A stretch of 64,000 nt of DNA. It comes from Rhynchobatus australiae (taxonomy: Eukaryota). The notes beneath the pieces were generated by a model. That model was not told the origin of the DNA. It made no database searches and worked only from the letters and a program-made list of their open reading frames with translations. The stretch covers positions 81,761,779-81,825,778 of the forward strand of contig JAUZTB010000064.1 in assembly GCA_034780895.1 (NCBI GenBank), given 5' to 3'. Positions 40,190 through 52,026 of this stretch are shown here, piece after piece (position 1 is the first letter of the stretch; every line of letters begins with the position of its first letter). Position numbers and translations under genes: made by a program.

Positions 40190-40500
40190 CCTCATCACCT
40201 AACAAGCAACAATGAGCCACAAGTCAGGAATGCAATGGGTCATCTTGCAATGCACAGGATGGATGCAACTGCAATAAGACTCAAAAACACGACACCGTCC
40301 AGGACAGACCAGTTTGAATGATATGTGTCAACAGACCCACCCATCTACATCATAACTGCATTGTAATATACAACATTCCCAGCCTACCTTGTGGCCTCAT
40401 CCACTGAGGAGAACAGCAGCAGCTTGGTTATGATTACATGGGGCTTCCTGTAAGTTCCAACTAACTATTTTGAAAAGTATAAAAGTCTATTCATAATTCA
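40190..40500 (+). mobile_element. Old CR1/L2-group LINE 3' fragment
   Basis: cacaagtcaggaatgcaatgg..tggatgcaactgcaataagactcaaaaacacgacaccgtccaggaca, resembling the YKAQVRS.ME..WM.A..TLKKLDTIQD region. Confidence 0.55.
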
Positions 40501-42520
40501 AAGTTCATTTATTCAAATTATCTGGCAATTACTTTTTTAACACCTTGGTGATCTACATTGCATTGCTTAATTCAGATAGAGTCAGAGGGAGCTACAGCAT
40601 GGAAACAGGCCCTTTGGCTCACAGGGTCTGCACCTATCATCAAATGCCCATTTACACCAATGCCACATCTTTTGTGCCAGACCAAAGGATTGTGCCAAGA
40701 AACAGAATCAGTAATTTGTAATTAGAAAGCTTGAAATATTGGTGAACATTATACCTGCTGAATCATCAATAAAATTGCTTTAATTCTAAACTCTCACAAG
40801 TGAAACTTTGGCTAAAATGTGTACCTGAAATATTGAAATTTCACACATTTCCTTAATAATACAAACATTTTTTTCAGAAATTCAGCACAATAGTTTCCAA
40901 AAAACAGTTCAGCCAGTATTTTGGTTTGACCTTTTTTCATGGACTGTTCTAACAAAGGCACTACTGAAATTGATGAAGAATCTGCTTGTATTTCCAGCAT
41001 TTAAGTCTTAATTTATTTTGAGATCTGGTTATCAACAGACCCAATCTTTTAGAAAAGATTAGGTGGGCGAATATGCTTCTTGACAACTCAAATGACTCGG
41101 CAACTCACAGAAGGTACACTGTTTTAAGAACAACCTTTATCTTTTTTGTTCTATTAAGTTAGAAAGGTGATCATAATCACGTGCAATAAAAATTCCAAAA
41201 ACTTGGGAAGATGTCACAAAGGTTGAATGTGAAGACTATAAATAGCTTGGAGATCCAACATTACATTAGTTACTTTAACCTTTGGCTTGTGACTTCATAA
41301 CACACTCAGTCATGTTTGCAATACCTTGGTTAATAGCTCACAGGTTCAGGCCACAAATGCAGTTAGCAAGTGAATTCATTTTGAAAAACTTGATGATTTC
41401 TTGCCTGAAAGATAGTGTTGAAGTTCCTTGATTTAAATATCCATCCTCAGTTGCCTGTGCCATAGTAGCAGCTGTGTGTTGAACTGCACTAGCCCAAGAA
41501 AAGGCATTGTTATGTTGTGTATTTAGTTTAGGGTGAGTTTCTGCTTTATTATATTTGAACGCTTCATCTTTTCATGGTTTGGTTGTAAGACTTTCATCTG
41601 AAAAATGTTGGAGAAATCATAAACAGGAAACTTTGGAAGTAAGGAAAAATGGGGCAAAGAATTTGTCCTCCTTAAAGAATAAAAGAGGCTGCAGTCCATG
41701 CTGTCTACAAAAGTGGTCAAGGTAGGCAGCATCAATCTATCCAGGTCCAAGAACCACCAAGGTTTCACCCAGACTAATTCTACAACAAAAGGGCTAACTT
41801 CAAAGAGAACCCCACTCAAATGCCCACTGATTAAAACAGGCCATTAAATAGCAGACAGATCAAATACCTCTTCCTGTCAATCAAGGGATTAACTGAAAAT
41901 TTTCAGGAATGTAATTAAGTGCAAGCTTGGATTCCAAACCATTGCAGTATTTTATTCTACCATGGCTGATCAAGCTCCAAAATAATCCAAAAAAAAAGCT
42001 ACAACAAATATATTTTCCCCACAGAAGACACGCGTGCATACAATGTTCCAAAAGATGCTTAGGAGACTGATACAAAAGAAGAACCCACATGTTTTTACAA
42101 TCTTTAGTCTCTTAAAACCCAAGCCAGGGAGACTTAATAACCATCACCCGATTAATTTCTCCTTTTCCATCACTCTTTAGGTATTGGACCATGAGATTTG
42201 ACTATTCTGGTATCTCTACCAATAAAAAAATCTGCACTTGCAGTTGCAATGACAAAGCTATGGATAATACACAAGTGCCCAGATCTCCCCATCAACCACA
42301 TTCAATCCTCTGTTGCTTTCTCACATCTACAGGATTACACAGATAACTGCTGTACAAAAGTCCCCAATTCACATCCAGCTGCGGNNNNNNNNNNTTTACT
42401 CAGTGCTTGCAAACGCATACAGCCCTGGTAAGAGTCAGTGCAGAACAATCTGAAGCAGAGACCACATTAACCCCCTGCTGAGGTCAATTATAGAGTCTCC
42501 ACCCTGGACTACTACAGAAA

Positions 42521-42875
42521 GGGGCAGCACAATGGCGCAGCTAGTGGAGCTACTGTCTCACAGCTCCAGCAGCCCAGGTTCAATCCTAATTTCAGGTGCA
42601 GTCTGTGTGGGGTGTGCATGTTTTTCCTGTTACCCCAAGTGATCCAGTCTCCTCCCACATCCCAAAGACGTGCTGCTGACTGGTCGGTTAATTGGTTATT
42701 GTAAACTGCCCCTAGTGTGTAGGTGTGAGGTAGAAGCTGGGGAGAGTTAAAGGGAACGTAGGAAGAGTAAAAGTGGAATTAGTGTGGGATTCATATAAAC
42801 AGGCAGTTGCTGGGCAGTGCAGACTCGTTGGGCTGAAGGGCCTGTTTCCATGCTATATCACTCTAGGATTCTATG
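42521..42875 (+). mobile_element. V-domain SINE with CR1-type tail (HE1-like)
   Basis: A box tggcgcagctagtgg, B box ggttcaatcc, ctcccacatcccaaagacgtg, tail gggctgaagggcctgtttccatgctatatcactcta. Confidence 0.85.
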
Positions 42876-43494
42876 AAGATGCTGCCATGCTTATATTAAC
42901 TTTCCTTTAAATTTGATATTACCATAACACCAGGGCTTAAATCTGATTCGGTATACTCACACATATAATGAGTTGTCACAGATTGCGACTAATCATTCGA
43001 GATAGTTTGCCACACTCAACCTAATCAAAACAAAAATCTAAATTTGCACCTTGTTTTATAAAGTCATAGAAAAACATCCTTCATGCAGAATTATTTCCCT
43101 GCTGATCTGGTTATCTTTTCCAGTTCCTCCTTGCATATACCTCTGCCAATGGCTCTTCCTTCTTCTGCCAAACCTCCTCCATATCTCCACTCTATTTCCT
43201 AGCAACCTCAGCTTGGACTAGGGTCAGCCTTGCTCCTCTCCAGTAATGCAAAATTCTCTAACAGTTACTGTGGTGCATGAGCCTTAATCAAACTACACTG
43301 TTTCTCCACTTATGCAAACATTCCTTGTTCTACCACTCACAGGAAGCATGGAAAAGAGGGAATGATGTTGAATTCCAGGCTAGAGACAACAATAGCTAGG
43401 CGATCTGGAGAACACGATCAAAAATCATAAGAGTATCCTTATCAAGGTTTGAAGGAATGCTAAATACTAAACGGATGGTTTCCTGTGTTGCCAA

Positions 43495-43600
43495 TTAGCC
43501 TAGTAACCTGCACGTCTTTGGGGTATGGGAGGAAACTGGAGCACCTGGGGGAAACCTATGTAATCACAGGGCAAACATGCAAACTCCACACAGTCAGCAT
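43495..43600 (-). mobile_element. V-domain SINE fragment
   Basis: Antisense V-domain: gcacgtctttggggtatgggaggaaactggagcacctgggggaaacc..gcaaactccacac. Confidence 0.8.
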
Positions 43601-45422
43601 TAGAAATTGCCCTTATGGTGACTATTCTCTCGCTCATTCCTCGTGAGCGGTTATTCTTAAGCCGCAAATAGTTTTCTTTTTCACCAACCAGATTTTTTTT
43701 AAACCTAAGTCTGTAAAGAACAAAAGCAGGCTTCTGTCATACCAGGGCATTGATGTGAACTTTGCAGCTACACTGAGGTCAATAGGGAACACCCAAAAGG
43801 AGTTACAATGACACACACAGGGGAGTACATTGTGCATAATTCTTCCGGGTAGTTTAGGATGCAAGGTATTTGAGAAGCACATTCTATCTGACCACAAATG
43901 TGTGAAGTTTTCAGTGACTACATAAACAGAGGGAGTATAATTTTCAAAATAGTTCATTGATTAATCATTTCAACATAGTTAAACACATTTAAGAATATAT
44001 GGAACTGCAGTTTCATGCAGTACTAAAGAAGGCCCTGTTTCCCAGTTTTGCTCTAAAATAGTTGCAGAAAGCTGCAAAACAACACACACAGCGGAGGAGC
44101 AGAAATCACTGTTAGCAACTTGGATTGCCACATTGAGCTAAAGATATGCAATCTCCAGGTTTCCTCCATAGCAAGTCCAGATAGCCTCGTTGTTACTCTC
44201 ACTGAAAATTGCAAACTATTCATTCACTGGAAAATGGTTGTTCATAACTCACAACTTACATTTGATAAGGGCATCACTTTGCAGATTGACCACGACCTGA
44301 ATCAGCTTTCACTGTGTAGGCTTCAAATGAAAATCTATTCGTTTTGTTTACTTCAAACATTTCATGCTTATGTTGTGCCATATTCAAGTGACTATGTTTA
44401 GAGTGCAACAATCCAATGGAGACAATAAAATCTGCCCTTGATGATTATAGTCATTGAATCTCTACAACAGGCAGATTTACTGGCCTTTACAGAAAAGGTC
44501 TATTAGCTTGTTCAGACATAAGCAGCATATTAGATCATCTTTATTTTGTCCTAATAATTCCATTCGCTGCAAAAAAGGTAACAAAAAAAGCCATTTTGAA
44601 AAAAAATTCTTATTGTGAAAAGGTTCTTTAAGCAGCATTTGGTTCAGTAACATTTCTATTCACAGTCCCCATTTATTCAGTTGCTCACTTGCAGTATCCC
44701 ATTTTTTGTAATGTACTCAATCAACATGGACTTGAAAGGTTGCCAGTGACATTCTATCTGATACCAGTCACTGGCAGGGACTTCAACAATATCTTAGATC
44801 TATAATAACTTTCCCAGCTTATTTCTGCAGCAGAATAAAATTACCAGACAACGCCTGTGTTGTGTGTGTCTTTGTCTACATGCATTTGTGTCTCGCATGT
44901 CTGTTCTTGTCAGATATTCTTGTAAATCATAATCAATACATCTTTTGGCCCTGGATTCTCCCTCTCTTGGCTAATGAGGATGTTGAAGCATGTGGGTCTG
45001 CATCCATTTGAATGCACGGGGCAGCAGAGGTCAGTAACCAGGAGTGGGGACTCCACGTACCTTTCCCCCTATCCATCACCCGTGGACACAGTGACAGACA
45101 GTTTTGCCCCAGTCTGATCCCAGCTGTTGCATTAACTCAGCACAGAACAGAGAATGACAAAGAAACCTTCACCATTTAATATTCAGGACCATACGGATAA
45201 CTTTCAAACCATCACACTCACATTGTCGTAAATGCAAAGCAGATGTTTGATAATGTTTTAAATCTAAACATCAATCTCCATTGTTTTTTTAAAAATAAGT
45301 GTAAGTGGACTCTCCGGGATCTGATTGGCCAACAATCAATATATCAGCACCCAACCGCTGTTGCGGAGTGAGTGAAACAATGGCCAGTCCTCCCAGTAGG
45401 GTACTGGGCGTGTTTTTAATAC

Positions 45423-45532
45423 CTTGCATGCTGTTGATAGTGAACATCCACGGAGCTGAATGATGCAGAATGTGTCACTGGTCTGAAGCAGCCCGTAGGT
45501 TATGATGTCCATGCTAACACTTCTTGCGAAGT
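45423..45532 (-). other. Candidate exon (function unknown)
   Basis: Branch-point-like cctaat plus tgactttgctccctgtag| acceptor; AAG|GTATTA donor; locally CpG-enriched; one open frame with no recognisable product. Confidence 0.25.
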
Positions 45533-45765
45533 CTACAGGGAGCAAAGTCATTAGGGATCAGCAATGATCACAGTGGATCATGAGGAGAGGGAACAATTCA
45601 TAAGATAACAGCGAGAGGAGATGCTTCAGCCCAAGTATAAAACTCTGCTTTTCATTGATGAGCACTGCCTGGGAGCACCACCAGTTGTTTAATTTCCACC
45701 AGAGATGCAGACTCATTCAGCTTATAAAACAAGCTCATGGCTCCCTCAAACAATCAACGAAGCTG

Positions 45766-45973
45766 AAAAATCAAAAAACTGCAAATGCTGGAAATCTAAA
45801 ACAAAAACCGAAAATTCTGTAAATACTCAGCAAGTCAGGCTGCATCCACAGGAAGAGAAACCGAGTTGGTATTCTGATGAAGGGTCTCCGACCTGAAATG
45901 TTGACTCTGTTTCTCTTCCCACAGATGCAGCCTGACCTGCTGAGTATTTCCAGCATTTGCTGCTTTTGTTTTA
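45766..45973 (+). mobile_element. Fold-back Penelope-derived mini-element with hammerhead-like core
   Basis: Long inverted arms (aaatactcagcaagtcaggctgcatc..gaagagaaac / gtttctcttc..gatgcagcctgacctgctgagtattt); approximate TSD AATCAACGAAGCTG / AATCACCAAGCTG; CTGATGA..GAAA at apex. Confidence 0.8.
45874..45908 (+). ncRNA. Degenerate minimal (type I) hammerhead ribozyme motif
   Basis: CTGATGA (45874-80), A, stem II GGGTC-TCC-GACCT, GAAA (45895-98), TGTT, GACTCT; two CpG>TpG changes would restore GACCC-GAAACGTT. Confidence 0.55.
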
Positions 45974-46454
45974 AATCACCAAGCTGTCCAGTTTTGCAAC
46001 ACACCCTACTTCAACTGACAACTGGGCTTTTTAACCAAATGACGTTATTTCATAAAGTTATGAAAAACCCTGAAAGGAACTGGAAAGGATTAAAATGAAA
46101 AAAAAACATTGTTGGACCACAACACTATTTTGCATCAGTTACAAATAATGTGTTGATAGAAAATAACTACTGGCCACAATGGCTAGAAAAAAAAATCCAT
46201 CCTCAGTAACAATTTCTTCAACCTTCAATACTTGCACTGACAATATTCTTCCTTTACCACATCACTGCACTACTGGAAGAGAGTTGGATATTTCAATCTC
46301 TTGAAAGATCTTCAGGTGGGCTCATTTTAATTCATAACTGAAAATCCACTGATGCTAAAAATATATTAAAAAATGTTGGAAGTTTTCAGCAAATTAGCCA
46401 GAATCTGTGGAAAGGAAAGAAATAAACGGTTATGGATAAAGTAGACTACAGGAA

Positions 46455-46775
46455 ATTTTCCTCTGTATCAGAGGATAAAACTAGAGGACATAGGTTTATG
46501 GTTAGGGTAAAAGATTTAGAGGGGATCTGAGGGGGACTTCTTTCACCCAGAGAGCGGTGAGTGCCTGGAACACACTGCCTGAGAGAGTGGGGGAAGCAGA
46601 GTTGCAGACGGCACTTATGAAGCGTCTCCACGAGCACTTGAATCGCTTCAGCATAGAAGACTATGTATGGGTCAAGTGCCTGAAAATGGGATTAATACAA
46701 GTGAGTGCCCACTGGTTAGTGTGCATATGGTGGGCCGGATGGTTTGCTCCCACACTGTATGGCTCTATGACTCTA
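46455..46775 (+). mobile_element. CR1 LINE 3' end
   Basis: KTRGHRF..RFRGDLRG.FFTQRAVSAWNTLPERVGEA and tail gggccggatggtttgctcccacactgtatggctctatgactcta. Confidence 0.85.
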
Positions 46776-46854
46776 AAAATATGGGGATCCAGCAGATTTC
46801 CAGACTGATTTCAACAAATTCAGGTCACAAAGGCAAACTAAACTGGGCAAAGAC

Positions 46855-47580
46855 AAGGATTGAGGTCAATGTGAGAAAATCTGATGTCACAGCCAAATTG
46901 GAAATGTTTTTAAGGAATGTGAAAACTGTGGAAAATCAAAGGGATTTAGGTATTCATATTTTTAAACCACTGAAAACTATCGTGGGAAAGGTAACACAAA
47001 ACCCTAAATAAAATGTTGTTTTATCAATAGGTGTTGGAACTAAAAAATGAACAAATGATATCTCAGTTTTAGTCAGTTTTATGACTCTATGAGATGCCAT
47101 TGACTTTGGAGGTGTGGGAGTTGTGGAAAGGTGGGGACAGGGAGAAAAATGGGACAAATTCATGTGTGAGATTCTAGCCTTTCTTGAGGTATATTCCCTT
47201 ACACTTGGAAATTTTAAAGGTGATTGAATTAAGATTGGTAAAGTGACAGAGGTCTAATCAAGAAGAAACAGAAAAATTCTTAGATAAGGAAATGCATAAA
47301 AAGAGGGGGTACCCCTGAAATTACAGAGCAGCCACACAGAAGTGGTTACCTATCTAAAACATATTTTCTTATAAAGAGTCAGTGAAATGTCAACCTCTCT
47401 GTACTAAAATCTGTAGATGGTGGGTCAACAGAAGTCTTCAAACCTGAGATTGCTGAGCTTTATTAGGTTAAGGGGTATCATGAGGCATAGAGCCATAGTG
47501 GGTAAATGCAGTTGAGATGCAGACCAGATTTGATTTAAAGGGAGGATGGAACAGACTTGGTTGGGGCTCAATAGCCAGCA
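46855..47580 (+). mobile_element. Very old CR1 LINE fragment
   Basis: TVENQRDLGIHIF.PLK motif; later ttcaaacctgagattgct..ttttattaggttaaggggtatca CR1-like 3' region. Confidence 0.5.
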
Positions 47581-47714
47581 ATTCTTCCGATGATCCAACA
47601 AAGATTCCAGATTAGAACAGGTGTGCTGGGAATGTTTTTGGAGCAGGGTTGCTGAAAAACATTGAACAGAACCTGAAACCAGCAATTACTTTGCACTGAT
47701 CCTCCACACCACAG

Positions 47715-48200
47715 TTACCATCACAGTCCTGGTTACTGCACCCCAAATTCATTAATCTCTAGTTTGTGTCTAATGCCTAGGTCCCACTGCACTGTCAGTT
47801 CCAATCACTTGACTCATTCCCACTCCATTGCTGTTGAAACTCTAGCTCCCATTCAGTTAGTTCATGTCACACTTCTAGTCCCTGCACAATCCCCCCACAT
47901 CTCATTCCTGCTACACATCCAAGTTCTTGTCCCACCAACTCACACTGCATCCTTAATTCCCATAATAATCCTAGTTCTTCCAACCATTATTTTAGCCACA
48001 GCCCAGATGACTTCGCATTTAGTTTCCATTCCACACTTAGTTCCTGCACCCCAGTTTCCACCTGTCCTTAAGTCCCCCCTTCACTTGTTCCTGATGTTCT
48101 AGTTCCCAGTTCCAGTTCTTGCACCCCAGCGTTCCAAGTTCCCATCACATTCCTAGTTCCTTCACCCGAGTTACTGCACCACCTCTAGTTTGTGCACCCT
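47715..48200. repeat. Degenerate pyrimidine-rich tandem repeat
   Basis: Recurrent (ct)agtt(c/a)ctgcaccc motif: ggttactgcacccc, agtccctgcacaat, agttcctgcacccc, agttcttgcacccc, agttactgcaccac, agtttgtgcaccc. Confidence 0.6.
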
Positions 48201-49758
48201 TGGATGTGATGGGCTCTACTGCAAGTACCGTCCACACATTGGGCCAAGTGACTTCTGTTCTTGGAAAAGGTGAACCGGATGACACTGGTTGAGGAATATG
48301 CTTGCCTATGATTTCCAGATGGCTGACTGACCTGCAGATATTTAACATCACAGCTCACAGAATACTGCCAAGAGATGCAGGACATGTAACTCGTGTTAAT
48401 GTGCTCCCAGAGAGGAGACAACATTGGATATTACTTTCAATCAATAAAATTCTGCTGCATAGGTGCCACTAATGGTGCAATGATTCACCTGCAGTAATAC
48501 ACTTATATTTACTGAATAGGCACTGAGCAAAGTTTCACAATGCCCACACATTTCCTTTACAGTAGAAGATCCTTATCTACTTACTCCTACACCCTTAACG
48601 GGAATGTTTAAAGATGACATTCATGCAAACAGATTTGCCAACGCAAATGCAAATCAAAGCCTGTTCCGCTGTGTGCCTCTTGGAAATTTATGACCATTAC
48701 AACCACAAAAACACAATGTTGCCTATTTACCACCAACTCTTCAACAACAACAAACAAAAATTGCTTGCTGTTATTTTGGTCTTTTATGTCCTTTTCTTTA
48801 AGGTCAATGGGATAATTATAACCATATTTGTAACTAAATTAGACAATCCATTGGAATATCACAGTAGTCCAATAATGTCTCATTGTGATATGACAATGGC
48901 TTCAAATGTTTCTGTCCATATAAAATCTTTTCTTCTTTGCTGTATTTCATAACAAATAAAAATCTCACAGTTTTACATTTCTGCCCAAGTCTTGCCAATT
49001 ACTTAATCATTCTTTACTCCTTAGCAGATGTGTCCATTCTCCTTATACTGACTTTCAAACTCTAATAAAGTAACATCAACCTGAATGAAGTCCTTTTCCC
49101 ACATTTTCATAGAAACACAGTGTCTTTTTTAAAAAAATATCCATTGCAGACAAATGCCAGCAGCTGCCACACTCCCACGTGCCCACAGAAACTCTGACGA
49201 ATTGTGTGTTCGATGATGTGGTCATTAAAAGCAAAAGAAACTACACTTTTCTCAAGAGGGAATTTGTGTATCTCCTTGATCAATCATGTTGAAGGATAAG
49301 TACTGCAGAGTGCAGAGGTTGAACCAGGAAATAGACATTTGGAAAATTTATTCAAAGCCTGAGCCCATACAGTACACAGTATGTAAAATAAAATGGGAAA
49401 GATAGATGGGATTGGAAGAAACAGCTNNNNNNNNNNNNNNNNNNNNNNNNNNNNNNNNNNNNNNNNNNNNNNNNNNNNNNNNNNNNNNNNNNNNNNNNNN
49501 NNNNNNNNNNNNNNNNNNNNNNNNNNTTGGAAGAAACAGCTGGGAAGACAAGAAGAAAATACTTTGTAATATCCAAAGATCATAAAAATCTGAAGGCATG
49601 AGACTCCACACTTATAAAAGTGAGTGTTTAGTAACAGCATACTCATTAGGCAGCAACTAAAAGCAGTTGGACAATTAAAAGCTTACTAATATTTGAATAG
49701 ACATGCATAACTTTTGCTGGCATTTTTAGTGGGTATATATAAATACCAATGTATTTAC

Positions 49759-49800
49759 CTGTTCAGCCTCTTGGCAAAAGATAGTCTCAGTGTGAAACTT
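49759..49800 (-). other. Candidate 42-nt micro-exon
   Basis: ttaactctctgtcccag| acceptor and CAG|GTAAAT donor; length divisible by 3; open in two frames (KFHTETIFCQEAEQ / SFTLRLSFAKRLN). Confidence 0.25.
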
Positions 49801-50489
49801 CTGGGACAGAGAGTTAACTTGGACAGTGAAATCTTTATTTCCAATATTAACTGTGTTTCATGATTGTTAGGAGTAGCTGTCTAATTTCCTCTTTAAAAAC
49901 TGATTGCTGTTAGCCTCAGTTATGTTACCAGAGAATGTGCATCAAAGTAACTTTTACCACAATAGTACTTCAAAGACAATTGAAGAAGATTTACTGAGAA
50001 GTGCTGGAGACAGAGAAATATATATCATCAGCACTGCTCACTGAATGCATTGAATAATGCATCACGAAAATTGGCACACATGATGAATGGTTAGAACCCT
50101 AAATCCAAATTCACCCCACAAGAAGATGCAGGTCCCAGCAAAAGTACCAATCTGATCTCAAAGCATTCAAAATCTTTGAGGCTTTAGAGTAAGAAGTTCA
50201 ATGAAGATAGTATGACATAAATGACACAAATTTAAACAAAAGTTCAACCATGAAATATATAATCTTACTCAGATTAAACTTTTAATTTGATTCTGTTTAA
50301 TTGAGAATAATATCTGATAGCTTTAAAGGAACTGATAGCTCATTCAAAACTGCAGTTACTGTACAAGATTCATAGTTAGCAGCGACACACCCAGGAGTAA
50401 CACGTACTGGAGGATTCATGATGGGTTTTCAATGCTTCCCACATACCAATTCTAAAAAATGGTAGATTTAATTTTAGTTAAGATCTGAA

Positions 50490-50692
50490 ATTCCCAACCA
50501 TTAAAAGGTTGTTGAAACAAAATCAATCAATGCCTTCAAAAGAGAATTGTACTGGCAGACAAGATGAATAACTTGCAGGGTTATGGGGAAAAAGCACAAG
50601 ACTGGGACCAATAGGATTATTCTATTAGGAGCTGGCGTGGACTCAGTGAGCTGAATAGCGTTCTCCAGCACCATAACAATTCTATGATTCTG
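50490..50692 (+). mobile_element. CR1 LINE 3' remnant
   Basis: aatgccttcaaaagagaattg..ttgcagggttatggggaaa..gagctggcgtggactcagtgagctgaatagc..ttctatgattct. Confidence 0.7.
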
Positions 50693-51845
50693 TAAGCAAA
50701 TAATGGTACATATAGAAAGTTTATTTTCAAAAGTGTTACCTTTGATGGAGGTAGGAGATTTATTCTTATACACCAAAGGTTTTAAAAGCTTAGCAGAGAA
50801 TATAATCCTCAGTTAACTTTGTGGATAAAATAATGATAAACCTAATTGATTATGGAGCCTGCTGTAATTTTGAGAAATGCTCTGACTACAAGTTACAGCA
50901 TGCTGGTCCTTGCTGTACTTGATCCTTCACTCCAGAGCACTTCTGCTTGGTGTTTCAAACATGCTTCTGGCGGAATACAGACTCACGGTTTAAATTGGTC
51001 CAGTGTAGTCTGGCAGAACAAGTCTCGCTAAACTTCTCTCTACTCGAGGACAAAGTTGATGCCCGTCTCACTTGTAGCCTCCAACTAATCCTTTTTCCTA
51101 CCGTTATACTCTTTGTCTCTCTCCTTCAATGTACAGTGATTTTTTTTTAAGTTTTAGAATTGCTCCAGCTAAGCTCCAAAGTTGCCACCTATGTAATTGT
51201 TCATAGTGAAACCAAGACCAGGAATTTCCCTGGAGCTGCTCTACTAATGCGCAAACAGGGTTTCCGTCACATTAAATTACAGTTGGAAATTCCTGGCTCA
51301 AAACTCATCATGCAGATTGACAGCCTGAACTCACTTCTTCCTTGAACTGATTGACCCCTTAAGTCTTTTAGTCTTTCCTTCCTCCTTGTACGATCCCCAG
51401 GTTTTATAAATTCCACTTTAGCGTCACATAATAAAAAGATAAGCCAGGTGATAGTGATTAACTCCATTATGCCTCAATGGCCCTGCTTGGAGTTCAGCTG
51501 AGATTCCCCACAGTTATTATGAAAAAAGGCACCCTCTCACTAGGCAAGAGCACTTTATACAAAGATTCTGANNNNNNNNNNNNNNNNNNNNNNNNNNNNN
51601 NNNNNNNNNNNNNNNNNNNNNNNNNNNNNNNNNNNNNNNNNNNNNNNNNNNNNNNNNNNNNNNNNNNNNNNNNNNNNNNNNNNNNNNNNNNNNNNNNNNN
51701 NNNNNNNNNNNNNNNNNNNNNNNNNNNNNNNNNNNNNNNNNNNNNNNNNNNNNNNNNNNNNNNNNNNNNNNNNNNNNNNNNNNNNNNNNNNNNNNNNNNN
51801 NNNNNNNNNNNNNNNNNNNNNNNNNNNNNNNNNNNNNNNNNNNNN

Positions 51846-52026
51846 ACGGGGAACAGTCTCACTGGCCCAGTGGGGGCGACGGGGAACAGTCTCACTGGCC
51901 CAGTGGGGGCGACGGGGAACAGTCTCACTGGCCCAGTGGGGGCGACGGGGAACAGTCTCACTGGCCCAGTGGGGGCGACGGGGAACAGTCTCACTGGCCC
52001 AGTGGGGGCGACGGGGAACAGCCTCA
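51846..52026. repeat. 33-bp minisatellite, at least 5.5 copies (five identical), running into a gap
   Basis: ACGGGGAACAGTCTCACTGGCCCAGTGGGGGCG repeated exactly five times plus a partial copy. Confidence 0.97.

Noticed and set aside
48185-48331. Minus-strand exon candidate (tatctgcag acceptor)
   Set aside because: Poor pyrimidine tract, no convincing donor, peptides unrecognisable.
51862-51880. CTCF site in the minisatellite unit (CCAGTGGGGGCG)
   Set aside because: One base shorter than the CCASYAGRKGGCR core and lacks the conserved AG; match too weak to claim.
51846-52026. CRISPR-like array (33-bp repeat with internal palindrome)
   Set aside because: Units are head-to-tail with no unique spacers, there are no cas genes, and the context is vertebrate DNA; it is a minisatellite.
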